Source: Octopus bimaculoides (lineage: Eukaryota). Taken from it: DNA of 64,000 nucleotides. The stretch is from NCBI RefSeq assembly GCF_001194135.2, contig NC_068987.1, positions 98,405,057-98,469,056 of the forward strand, written 5' to 3'. The notes beneath the pieces are model-generated. The model saw only the letters and a program-made list of their open reading frames with translations. It did no database searches and was not told the DNA's origin. The position numbers and the translations under genes were made by a program. The stretch's first letter is position 1. Each line of letters starts with the position of its first letter. Positions 10,426 through 23,307 of this stretch are shown here, piece after piece.

Positions 10426-12569
10426 TGGCAGGAATGAATTGCGGGGTAATCTAAAATCGTATGGTATAAGATTAGAACGTCTTCCATCTAAAACCTAAGC
10501 CTAATGTTTAATCGATCACGTCTGACATCCCTGTTATCCACACACGATTTTGATTTATTGAGAGATAAATATGAAATAGGTGGTAATATGAAGTGGATAT
10601 TTCGGGTCTTAGTCATAATGACTGATATGATTTGAGTTCCTTTCAGCTCAAGCAGATCTAATTGTAAGTTGAGTGTCGGAAAATTTAAGACCTGCAACTA
10701 CTTCTATTTACACGAATTGCTTAAAATTGATTCAGTTATACAACTTGCTTGCAATAGAAGCCAAATCTCTCTCAAATCACACTATACTATCTTGAATAAT
10801 GAGTCTCACGCAGGAGAAGATATGTTGATATAACACAATATGGAAACTGAAAAAACGTCTGGTCATAGATCTGCTCTGTCTGAACAAACATTAAGTTAAA
10901 CCATAACAGTATCATCGTTATAAACACCAACATCAGCAACACTGATAACATTTCCTAATTTTTGGCACAAGGCCAGCAATATCAAGTCGATAACATCAAT
11001 CCCACTATTTGACTGGTAGTAATTTCATCGAGTCTGAAAGAATGAACTTCAAAGTCGATCTTGGTGGCATTTGAACTCAGAACGTAAAAAGCCGGAAGAA
11101 ATGATGCTAAGCTAAGAATCTTTGAAGTATATTCAATGACCGAGAACACCAACATAAAATTATCGTATATCATTATTAATCTTTTTCGTTCTCTTTCATA
11201 AAAATTTCACGAGGGATTTTAATAATATCATAAAACTATAAAACTGTCTTTGATAAGTTTGTCAGTGCTAAATCCATCAGATGCTACAAAGAAAACTAAA
11301 GAAATTTTGTTTTAACCAAGACCTTGTTGAGACAAGATTTCAATGCAATTGCATATTGTGAAACGATTTTCTCCGTAAAGTCAACTCACTAAGTCGAAAT
11401 GCCAAGATTTCGTAACACTTAAGTAACATGTAATAAAATTAGGAAGAATTGCACACGAAAATTATTTAAACAAATTTCCATATACATAACCTAGCCGTCA
11501 TTATTTTTCGTGGAACTAGAAGTGGACAGTTGCGGAACACTTGGGGTCTGAAAAAGCATCAGCTGGGAAATGCGACAGCTAAGTAATCTCTCACTCTGCT
11601 CGAAATAACGTTTTCCCCCCGCTTTATATCTCAGTCTGCTGGATACGTTAAATGATGCAGTCTTGCAATAGAATGATGTCTAGTACTGATTACGGTTAGA
11701 ATGGTTTTCACTGCATATATGATTGATAATGGCTGGCCTGGAGCTAAACAACAACAGTAAGTGAAATACTGGCCCAGTAAAAATCCCTCTAAACTTGCGC
11801 ACAGTGAAACTAAATTTATTAATTTTTTTTTTGTCTTTGGTCAATAAGTTTTATTTCCTATTTGCTTCTATCTAGAAATCAAAGGAAATGATTACTCTTC
11901 CCTTCAAACTTTGTGTTTGTAACCTGGACAACAATATTTTGAAACTGACCCATTTTCCATTACATTTCAGATTAAACGCAGAGTTGCTGAAGCAGAAATA
12001 TCGTTATAGCAAATATTCTGTTCAATACCTCAGATCTGATATTTAGACAGTGATATTTATGAGATTGTTTACACCTATCATCTACCAAAATATTTGCAAG
12101 TTCACTAAAAAGAGCAAAAAAAAAAAAAAAAAAAANNNNNNNNNNNNNNNNNNNNNNNNNNNNNNNNNNNNNNNNNNNNNNNNNNNNNNNNNNNNNNNNN
12201 NNNNNNNNNNNNNNNNNNNNNNNNNNNNNNNNNNNNNNNNNNNNNNNNNNNNNNNNNNNNNNNNNNNNNNNNNNNNNNNNNNNNNNNNNNNNNNNNNNNN
12301 NNNNNNNNNNNNNNNNNNNNNNNNNNNNNNNNNNNNNNNNNNNNNNNNNNNNNNNNNNNNNNNNNNNNNNNNNNNNNNNNNNNNNNNNNNNNNNNNNNNN
12401 NNNNNNNNNNNNNNNNNNNNNNNNNNNNNNNNNNNNNNNNNNNNNNNNNNNNNNNNNNNNNNNNNNNNNNNNNNNNNNNNNNNNNNNNNNNNNNNNNNNN
12501 NNNNNNNNNNNNNNNNNNNNNNNNNNNNNNNNNNNNNNNNNNNNNNNNNNNNNNNNNNNNNNNNNNNNN

Positions 12570-12607
<38 letters not shown>

Positions 12608-13655
12608 TCTATGTGTGTGTCTATATATTGTACATTATTTGTACGTGCTTATGTAAGGGTTACTGTTTCCTATGTTGTGCGATAAACAAAATATTAACAA
12701 TGTCACCGAGTTTACCTTCGTTTGTATCAGAATTCTTATATTTCACCACTGATTACTTCATCTTAGCTTAATCTTTCTTAAACTGTATTTCTGTGGATGT
12801 TTCTTTTTCTGTTAATCCAAAGATAATATACAGAATTCTCGCATGAACACAATGCCTCGGATTTATAATGGAAGAAAATTTGCAGCTGCGTAAGGTGAAT
12901 GGTATTCTTAATAGTATCAATGACGTCAGGGAAGTTAAACTGTAGGAATCAAAAATGAGAATAGAACACTCTTGTATAACCTATTAATGTAAAAGTTTAT
13001 TGAACAAAATATATTCATCGGTACAGAAAAGTCGGCCTTGATTTTGTTACATTCATTCATTTCTGAAATCACCAAGTAAGTTAAGGAAAATGAAAGCAGA
13101 ATCAGTAGGAAATAGAAACTTGTTATTCTCACCGAAAGAACGAAAGAAATTTCTTATCACACAGCTATCACAACATCCGGATGCTGATAAACTGTTGAGA
13201 TATAAGCTCTTCTAATTGTTGTTATGACTATTGTTGTTTTGTTATTCATATTGCGATAGCTTCATGTTCTTTTACCTATCATCGCTCGTGAGTTTGTTGT
13301 ACTTGCTAATCTTAAAGGTTTTACATTATGTGTCATCTGTCAGTGCCAAAAAAGTATGCTTGAGAGAGACTGGATTCCTATCTCAGGATACATTTATCTC
13401 TCTTCAGTAATATAAAATTACGGCTTCAGACATTTAAAATGAACAGCCACCTAGAAAGTGCACCAAATTTTCTTCATAACATACGGTATTTTGATTGAAA
13501 CTGGACCACTTTAAATAAGGAATGCATTCATAGATATCATATGTTGGAAAAGGAAAAGGGCTGGTCACGCCTGGAATAACTTTGATCGTAAATCACCTTG
13601 ATCAGGATTGACCTGGCGCTAGACAACGACAACTGATATCTGTTTCAATAAATTG

Positions 13656-13870
13656 GTTTCAAATTTTGGCTCAAAAGCAACAATTTCAGTTGAGTGTGGA
13701 GTCAAGTCGATTACATCGACTTCAGTAATCAACTAGTACTTTTGTTATCGAATTCGAAAGATTGAAAGGCAAGGTCGATCTCTGTGAAATTTGAACTAAG
13801 AAAGGATAAAAGGACTTTATGCCACTAAAAATTTGATCGTCGTGCTTACGATTCTACCAGTTCACCGCCT
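13656..13870 (-). mobile_element. SINE family 2 copy (degenerate)
   Basis: Similar to the ..GGCACAAGGCC..GTCGATTACATCGACCCC..GAAAGGCAAAGTCGAC..ATTTGAACTC..GCTCGCCGCC consensus seen in other copies. Confidence 0.75.
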
Positions 13871-13887
13871 TAATAATAATAATGAGG

Positions 13888-14340
13888 TTTCGAATTCTGG
13901 CACAAGGCCTGCAACTTCAGTTGAAGTAGTAAATCGATTACATCGACCCTAGTACTCGACAGGAACTTATTTTATCGTTAGCACGCCGGGCGAAAGGCTT
14001 AGCAGTATTTCGTCTGCTGCTACGTTCTGAGTTCAAATTCCGCCGAGGTCGACTTTGCCTTTCACCCTTTCGGGGTCGATAAATTAGGTACCAGTTACGC
14101 ACTGGGGTCGATTTAATCGACTTAATCCCTTTGTCTGTACTTGTTTGTCCCCTCTATGTTTAGCCCCTTGTGGGCAATAAAGAAATAAGAAACTTATTTT
14201 ATCCATCCTGAAAGGATGAAAGGTAAAGTCGACCTCAACAGAATTTGAACTGTTTGACTTGAAATTCTGTTGAGGTCGACGGACGAAATGGCACTAAGCA
14301 TTTAGCAAGGCACGTTTACAATTCTGCCATCTCGCTACGT
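13888..14340 (-). mobile_element. SINE family 2 copy interrupted by a second SINE
   Basis: Host halves at 13888-13976 and 14204-14340. A 13-bp target-site duplication AACTTATTTTATC lies at 13964-13976 and 14191-14203. Confidence 0.85.
13977..14190 (+). mobile_element. Nested SINE (family 2-related head, different tail)
   Basis: TTAGCACGCCGGGCGAAA..GAGTTCAAATTCC (B box)..GCCTTTCACCCTTTCGGGGTCGATAAATT..AATAAAGAAATAAGA, flanked by the TSD. Confidence 0.88.
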
Positions 14341-14395
14341 TTCTAATAATAATAAAAACAACAACAATAACAATAATACTAACTATAAGAATATT

Positions 14396-14603
14396 TTCTA
14401 CTATAGGCACAAGGTCTGAAATTTGGGGGAGAGGATTAGTCGATTACATCGACCCCAGTTTCTCACTAGTACATAATTTATCGACCCTGAAAGGATGGAA
14501 GGCAGTCGACTTCATAGAAATTTGAACTCTAAACATAAATACGGCCAGTATGCCGCAAAATATTTTGCCCGGCGTGCTAACGATTCTGCCAGCTCGCCGC
14601 CTT
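14396..14603 (-). mobile_element. SINE family 2 copy
   Basis: Full GGCACAAGG...GCTCGCCGCC unit flanked by (TAA)n. Confidence 0.88.
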
Positions 14604-14606
14604 AAA

Positions 14607-14644
14607 TAATAATAATGATAATAATGATAATAATAATAATAATA

Positions 14645-14709
<65 letters not shown>

Positions 14710-14727
14710 ATAATAATAATAATAATG
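14607..14727. repeat. (AAT)n/(GAT)n microsatellite
   Basis: Directly visible. Confidence 0.97.
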
Positions 14728-16283
14728 ATCACAGCTGCTATCCGAGTAAGCAGGATGAATTGGACCAGCGAAGAAAACAGGATAGTGATGCAGTGTATCT
14801 GAGAAAGTGAACCTAAAAGAATGGGCTATAGAAAACGGATGTTAGTTCTTTTGATAGAGAAGAGTATATTTAAAGTGACTGAGCAGAGATTAGTAGATCA
14901 AGTTAATGCTATTAGAAGAAGAAATTGGATGACAGAAATGGAGGTAGAAGAGATCACAAGAGAACGAGAAAAGAAAGACCAGGTAGTAGGAAAGGCAAAA
15001 ATAACACAAGAGATACAGCTCAAAACAAAGAAGAACCCTAAAGAAAAAAAAATAATAGTAGCGCTATCAATCAGGAAGGGACAACTGCCACCGGCGACTT
15101 AAGTGATTTAAGTGAGGAAGATCAGAAGATTTTAGATGAGTTGTAGGAAGTAATTAGTAAAGAAGTAAAAAGATTACCAGGATTAAACGGCATCAACAGA
15201 AGGAAGCTGCTAGATATGACTAGGAAAGTAGATTCGGTTATCAGAAGGATAGATACTAAAGATATAGTATACACTAACTTATTGATCTATGCAGAAGGAG
15301 CAGTTATCACTAGAAGATTAATATCTCACAGGGAAAGATTAAAAAAGAGCAAATATGGAAAAGGAGATTACAGAATAAAGTGAAGACTTTAAGACAAGAC
15401 CTGAGTAGAATGGAAACCTGGAAACTGAACAAGTTAGGAAACGTAAGACGCAAATTTTTCCTTGAGAAAAGATACTTAGTCAAAGAGAAAGGATTTAGGA
15501 CAGTAATAGAAGAGGTGAAACAGTGTATCATAGCAGAAGCAGGCATTTTATGTTGTTATTATTCTTGTAATGAAGCAGTGAGTGGGAAACGTTGTTGCAG
15601 CGCCGCGCAAAAACGCCGAATTGGAAGGGCTCAGGACCAGATTTAGTTCAAGGTTTACTGGCTAAAGAAATTTAGTAATTTACTAGAGAGAACAACTTCA
15701 GGCTTACCTTAGTAGACTTAAGGGAGGACAATACTCATTATGAAAGATAAGACAAGGTTAATACAATTAGCAACTATAAGACAATCACTTGCTTACCATT
15801 AGTGTAGAAATTCTTAACAGGAATGCTTTCAGAAAGCATTTACGAGCGCCTTGAGAACCAGAATTTACTGTCAGATGAACAGAAGGGTTGCAGGGAGAAG
15901 GCAAGAGGAACGCATGATTTATTAAAAAAAGAAAAAAAGCAGTTCTAAATGAAGTAACAGCTAGAACGAAAAATCTAACAATAGCTAGATAGATTATAAG
16001 AAAGCGTATGACATGATCCCACACTCATGGACAAGTGAATGCTTGAATATTTTAGGTATAGCAGACATGGATGATCTGAAGCCTTTTAGTAAGAATGAAA
16101 AAAGAGATAGATTCCTTAATACAAACTGTAAGACTCTTCAGCAAAGATACAGGCATGGAATTTGGCATAGATAAATATGCAACATTAGTCATGAGAAGGG
16201 GACAGGTAGTCAACAGCGAAGGCATCCAATTACCGAATGGCCAGACATTAAAATCATTGCAAAGAGGAGGGAGTTATAAGTAC
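14728..16283 (+). mobile_element. Degenerate R4/Dong-clade non-LTR retrotransposon with internal deletions
   Basis: N-terminal RMNWTSEENRIVMQC..EPKRMGYRKRM..VTEQRLVDQVNAIRRRNW. Frameshifted RT pieces: PNWKGSGPDLVQG, EQKGCR, DYKKAYDMIPHSW, MDDLKPFSKNEKEIDSLIQTVRLFSKDTGMEFGIDK..GSYKY. The QGD-containing segment is missing. Confidence 0.85.
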
Positions 16284-16294
16284 ATACGTATATA

Positions 16295-16383
16295 TTGTTA
16301 CATTTCGGGACGGTCATTTTCTTATTTTTCTCTTGCCAAATATTAGACAAGAAAACAGAAATGACCATCCCAAAATATAACAA
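16295..16383. mobile_element. Tiny MITE-like element with about 26-bp imperfect TIRs
   Basis: TTGTTACATTTCGGGACGGTCATTT (16295) is complementary to AAATGACCATCCCAAAATATAACAA (ends 16383). Confidence 0.6.
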
Positions 16384-16451
16384 AATCTGTTTGAACGCAC
16401 GATTTCACATCAGGAGTCTTGCAAAATGAATTCATAAACGTAACATTCGTA

Positions 16452-16506
<55 letters not shown>

Positions 16507-17708
16507 TTGTCTGTCTGTCTACCCCCATACACCTGCATGTGTGTGCGTGCTCGTGTGTATTCAAGTTCATAGGATAAACAGGGTGGCAGAAAAGTCTAGT
16601 AATTTTTTTTTAACGGATTTCCGCAGTGTCGATGCAGTTTTCTTCATGTCTTCCTTCACGTCACTCAGCAACTTCGTTACAATATCGTTAGTATTTCAGA
16701 CATTCTTGAATTTGAGTTTCACTCCTGGAATGGGTTCCTTTTGTATGGCCTTCAAACATCTGACTCACTCTCAGCGAGATTTATCCTTCTTCCTTTTCTT
16801 TTTAAACCTTCATTTGTAGTTTTGAAGTAACTGAGGCTCAGAACATTAATATCATGCTAGATAAAAATGCTGAGGTAAAGAGAACTACGTCTAAATCAAA
16901 ATTCCTTCATTGAAGAATAATTTTGGTCTTTAACGTAGCTAGTTTCAGCTTCAGCAGTTTACAAACATCGTCACAAGGAGAACAGTGGAAACAATGAAAT
17001 CACAGTTACCGAAAAATACAACACACAAATATCTGTTAAGATAATTGGTAATAATTGTAAGATTATCAACCGAAATTTGCATGAACTATCCATTCTTAAA
17101 AGAAAAAAAATAGCATTCAGAATTCAGCACCTAAAATTTGAGAAAGAATGATTATATTCAATAGGAATACTAAGAGATAGTGAAATTGTGCAGTTACAAA
17201 TCTGAATAAACTTATTCACTGTAGGATTACACATATCTAGCAATGACTAATGAAAGATTTAATAAAACCTACGAAGAAACAAAAGACTAGTATCGTTTTC
17301 ATATCAAAGGCATTTTTGTAACAAAAAAACAAAATCAAAAAGAAAATGAAAAATAGATAAGAATCTCTAAAAGAAATAGAAATAATTCCAAATCTAATGT
17401 TTTGGATATGGATACGATGACTATGCGAGACAGAAACAGTAAGAATCCATATAATAATGGCACTGATTATAAAACGTTGAAACACACATATAACCCGATA
17501 GTAGGACTTAAAATTTTGGAAAACGTCTAGAAAATGGCATAAACTGAAATTGTAAATGGATAACGTAAAGGACTGTAAATAGATGTAAAATCAACCGAAA
17601 TCGCTCTGCATATCCAAGGCTCATGTATGGGGACTCGCCACAGTTGTGAAAGCGTATAATAGCAATAACATAAACAATATCAAACATATTGATATGGTGA
17701 TGTCATAA

Positions 17709-17713
17709 TATAG

Positions 17714-17750
<37 letters not shown>

Positions 17751-17858
17751 AATGATGGTGGTGGTGATTTCCTGCACATGCACAAGACCAAATATTCGGT
17801 AGCTGGAGACAAGTGATTAGACGGAGTACCAGTCAACTACTACTGCTACTACTACTAT

Positions 17859-17927
<69 letters not shown>

Positions 17928-17990
17928 CGGCACTAGCATCATCATCATCATCAGCAGCAGCAGTAGCGCCGCTGCCACCACCGTCGCCGT
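17709..17990. repeat. Compound trinucleotide arrays: (GAT)n, (CTA)n, (CAT)n, (CAG)n
   Basis: Directly visible. Produces the poly-L and poly-S pseudo-ORFs. Confidence 0.95.
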
Positions 17991-18439
17991 ATATGAATTA
18001 AAGCGAACTGGAGACGTGATGCATTAACGTTGCTAGTGTAGTTTTGGTTCATAAGTCGCATATACCGGCAAGATCTTCAACTGGGCATAGAAACCGTATT
18101 GAAGAACAGTGGGAAAGCTACATCGTGTTTCATGTCCAATCTTTAATCTTATGACGCTCAGCAACTGCTATATAAGAAATATTCATTCAATTTTACTTTT
18201 ATTCTCTCTTCATGATTCGCCATTTCCTTCTTGCTTTGAAGGGATGAATTTACTAGAGGTTATTGACCCATCACATCCAGGTACCACCATATGGCATTTA
18301 ACATAATTTCCGGCCTATTCAGATCGCGTATGTTATTCTGTTTGGCAGTATATTGTAGCACATAGACGTCATCGGCTAATACATTATGTACGTATGCTTT
18401 GTTTGTTTGCATGCATGTAAGCAAGAATGGATGCATAAT

Positions 18440-18480
<41 letters not shown>

Positions 18481-18530
18481 GCACCTCACCTATACGCTCG
18501 CGCGCAGACACACGCACGTATATTTTTCTA

Positions 18531-18695
18531 TTCTTTTATTCTCTTACTTGTTTCAGTCATTTTAACTGCGGCCATGCTGGGGCACCGCCTTTAGTCGAAC
18601 AAATCAACCCCAGGACTTTTTTTTTTTTGTAAATCTAGTACATATTCTATCGGTCTATTTTGCCGAACCGCTAGTTTACGGGACGTAAACACACA
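18531..18695 (-). mobile_element. SINE family 1, 3' portion
   Basis: Matches the tail of the 9113-9515 copy. Confidence 0.85.
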
Positions 18696-20243
18696 AACCA
18701 CACGAACATCGATACACAAATACGCGTGAGCGTATATTGATATATATTTTAGAGTATGCATGTTTGTATGCAAATGTATGTACCACACAAGTACATACAC
18801 CCGTATGAAGCCACACTCAAACAGATATATGTATAAATAAATATAAGATCATGCGTGTGTGTGTACATATATATACTTGCGTATATTTGGCTAAGCCCAC
18901 CNNNNNNNNNNNNNNNNNNNNNNNNNNNNNNNNNNNNNNNNNNNNNNNNNNNNNNNNNNNNNNNNNNNNNNNNNNNNNNNNNNNNNNNNNNNNNNNNNNN
19001 NNNNNNNNNNNNNNNNNNNNNNNNNNNNNNNNNNNNNNNNNNNNNNNNNNNNNNNNNNNNNNNNNNNNNNNNNNNNNNNNNNNNNNNNNNNNNNNNNNNN
19101 NNNNNNNNNNNNNNNNNNNNNNNNNNNNNNNNNNNNNNNNNNNNNNNNNNNNNNNNNNNNNNNNNNNNNNNNNNNNNNNNNTATATATATATATATATAT
19201 ATATGTTTGTATGTATATATCAGTCTATGTATATATGTAAGTAAATACACACATCTATTAGCTTTTATCAAATTAGTGACGGTGATGAATATTGGAATGA
19301 GGGCCAAGGGTTATTGTTTCTACTTCACGGGTAGTCACATCTATTTTACTTTATTTTTAAACACGTTCCACTAGAATATATGGTACAACTGCAATTTTGC
19401 AAACATAGAACAGATTTCCCTTACGCTATCTCTGTCCTTTTCACTTCCTGCCCTTACCTACACGTTAAAGAACTATTGGCCCCCAAAAATCCCATCCCCA
19501 ATTTTATCTTCACGGACCGCTGCGAAATAAATCTCAAGTTTCTATATTTTTCCTGTATATTTTTATATTAGATTTGTCCCTATCTCACCAATCTCATTAT
19601 CTCTGTCGTCCTCTCTTTCTCTCTCTCTCCCTCTCTATCAATCTCTCAATCTCGCTATCGTTCTTTCCCATACCTACACATACACATACATATACATTCG
19701 CTCACGTACACAAATACTCGTACACGCAAAGGAAAACATACATAATATTATGCATAGTACGTGTGCTTTCATAATCAAGCTCATAGTCGCAGGTACACAG
19801 ATATACGCACACTGTTCAAAACTGAAATACCTATACAGACACACACGGACACAGACATATGGAAACATATACAAACACATGAGCGCGCGCACGCTGACAC
19901 ACATACATAGATACACACACACACACACACACACACACATGCACATACACACACATTCAAGCGCGCGCGCACACACGCACACATACACTCACACACTTTC
20001 CTCCATTCGTTATGGCTGTTTGTTGAATTTCCTTCATAATTTTATTTTGTGTCCAATTTATCGAAGTTCTAAATTTACGCTTAAATTCAATTTCTTTGTT
20101 TTATTTCCGCTTCCGATTCATTCACGACTTTGTTTTCTTTCCTCCATTTTTTTTTTTTTTTGCCATTGAGCGTGAGGTACTATATGATATATGACATGAG
20201 TTGACTATATCTGCATAAATACCCCCCATACACACACGCACTA

Positions 20244-20345
<102 letters not shown>

Positions 20346-21894
20346 ATATAGCTGTAGCAGAAGCAACAATATGAGCGACAATGTGCAAAAAGATATACGC
20401 CATTGCTAAATTGTTATCATTCACTCTTGCAATCATCTATCTCTTCACAAACAACCATAATGAATGTGTCACACTTGTGACGTATAATATCAATGTGATT
20501 TACTCTCTTCGCCGAATAATTCATGTAATTATTTCTTACTCCGGAATGATTATTGCCCAATTCAAACAGAGTTTATTAAAATAAAATAAATTATTTACCA
20601 GATATACATCTCAGAGTATTAACCCGCATAGGAACCTCAAACGCACTCATTCAGCTTGCAAGATATCAATGCCATGATCTCCCACGAATCATAAAACCGA
20701 TTTAAAAATATGGAAAGGAGCAGTATTCCTTGATCAGAGGTGCCAAAACTGGGGCACACAGAATGTAATTTTACTGATTCTGAATTTTGTTATAATTTTT
20801 CAATTACAATAGTTTAAAAAAATGTAAAATATAAGAAAATCTGAAGTAGATTTATGTTGGGAGAGAAATACTAATTTATTTTCCTTTCCCTACTGTGAAT
20901 TTAACGATTTATTGTCTATTCTTCATAAACACTGTGTCACTAAAAGAGGAGTCTAATTTAGAAGACTGTGTTTGATTCTGATATCTGTTGGTCATTATTC
21001 CATAAATTATTAAAATTATTTCAATAAAATATTCATGTGATATTTGTATTGCTATTGTTATCTGAAAATAGGATAATTTTAGAATAAGGTTTAATAGCCG
21101 GATTTCAATTTTTTCTTATTATTTGATTTATTTTTGTTTGTCTTTTTAAATCATAATACCGTTGGAAAAGCTGAACGGTGGTTGGGGCGGGAAAAATTAA
21201 CTTGAAAAATTTGGCAGAAGGTAAATGGTACGAAACACTCGGAGACCTTATGCTAGAGTGTTCTTTTATATGGGATGTGGTGGGTAAGGATAAGCCGTTA
21301 TTTCTTCAAGACATGACAAAACATCGAGACAAAAGACAATTTAAGGAAGGCCGTTACAATAACAACAAACAGTTAAGTAATTCAGAAGGGTAAGTAAATT
21401 ATCTGCTATTTCAAAACGTCAGCTAATCAAAAACTAACAATAAGTTATACGTTAAACAGTTACTTGTGCAAGCTTGAAAATAAGGCTATAGATAAAAATG
21501 CACATACACACGCGCATACCTCCCCCTACACAAACACACATACATATATAAATAAATATGCATACATATATGTATATTTCGTCTTTGGATTTAGTTTGCA
21601 AGATACTTTATTTGAGTTTGTGTGTTGAAGCATATTTTGTTGTGTCCGGGGAGAGTCATTCTTCTTTAGTGCCTTATTATTTAACACACACACCAGTTAA
21701 GTTTCCACTCATTTACTTATTAATTTTTTCTAAAATATTCGTTGCGTCCTGCAGCCTTTTCAATAGCCGTTGACTCTGTCCGTTATCCGAGCTGCGTTCT
21801 TTTTGCTTGTGTGTGAGCATGTGTGTGTGGGTCAGTTCGCAAGCGCATACACATGTATGTATGGATGGATGTGAACAACATATTTCGAAACTAT

Positions 21895-22575
21895 GGTAGC
21901 GAAGGAGCTGCACTCTGTTGTTCACAGTCTCTAATCAAATTTCAGTATCAAGGGAGAGGGAGTCTATTATTGGGATGCTAGTGGAGTAGTCTATAGTTAC
22001 CTTGATTGTTTGGTGGATGGAGTTAGCTACATGTTGGATGCTCTCCATTATGTTCCTCACGGTTTCTACATTACTGCTACTAGAGCTGGCCTTAGCTAAA
22101 ATATTAATGTTGTCAACATATCTACAGTAAAGTAAAAGCGTTGTGGACTGTTCTACTAAGGATTGTTAAGTTTTCTGTCCCACCAGGTCATGAAGAGGCC
22201 GGTCATATCTCTAGCTACACCGACACCAAAGGCAGCACCTTGAGCCTGCATTTATAGTTTCCTGTTAAACTTTACTATATGGTTCTACAAGTTGGATCTT
22301 ATGCTAGCCCCTATTGCATGTGCACTCATTCCTTTCACCTGATTGTTCTTCTCAGGGTCTAGGGTGGGTATGGTGCAGCCACTCCAGCAATCTGCAGCGC
22401 TTTTCTTCACTGCTGAGGTGATGGTGGGTACTCTTCTCCTCTGTGATCTGGAGGGGCAGAATCTACTAAGGTCATGGCTGTCTAAATAGTTACTGTCATA
22501 GCTCAGTTTAAGGAGGAGGCCCAGTTCCCTCGTACTGACTTCACGGAACTCTGCTTCACTCTCACAGATAATCTC
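21895..22575 (-). mobile_element. Penelope-like reverse transcriptase fragment (decayed)
   Basis: Manual translation: ..HIVKFNRKL*MQAQGAAFGVGVARDMTGLFMTWWDRKL.., frameshift to YCRYVDNINILAK (YVDD motif), then ..IWLETVNNRV. The spacing Q..G..(M/I)G...A.LFM..W/E followed by RYVDD is PLE-type. Confidence 0.7.
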
Positions 22576-23252
22576 AATGTATTTCTCTATAGCAAAATCT
22601 ATAAATTCAGTTATAGAAAAGAGCTTTCGTTATTTCGCGGTCTATGAATTAATCGCAGTCAAGTATTACGTCGATATAATCAACTGTAAACTTTCTTGAG
22701 GAGGTTTAGCTTTGTATCTATACAAGAAATCCTTAGACTGTTAATATACACCCTTCACATAAGTGGCTTTATAACTCTCTCTCTCTCTCTATCTCTCTCT
22801 CTCTTTCTCTCTCTCTCTCACACACACTCTCTCTTTCTCGAAGTATATATATATATATATATATATATNNNNNNNNNNNNNNNNNNNNNNNNNNNNNNNN
22901 NNNNNNNNNNNNNNNNNNNNNNNNNNNNNNNNNNNNNNNNNATATGAATTGAGGAGAGAAAGGAAAGAACGCAAGTATTCCATGAAGAATAATTTCGTCT
23001 ATTAAACAAATATATTGCACAACTTATTGGAAATATCTTTAATAGCACGTCATAAACAAAACATCTTAAAAGAAATAACCGAAACGAATTATTTTAAATC
23101 ATAAGCGATCTTATAATCACAGACTGTCACAAATCATTAAAATGCACAATACACTTTGGTGTGAAATATGACCATATTTAAATAAGTTTCACTCACATAA
23201 GCACACACATACACACGCACGCACGCATAACAATATGCATGGCTATAACTAT

Positions 23253-23307
<55 letters not shown>

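Noticed and set aside
16937-17151. Open frame of about 70 codons (LVSASAVYKH..KFEKE)
   Set aside because: No start codon, no recognisable motif and no clear splice sites. Expected by chance in AT-rich DNA.
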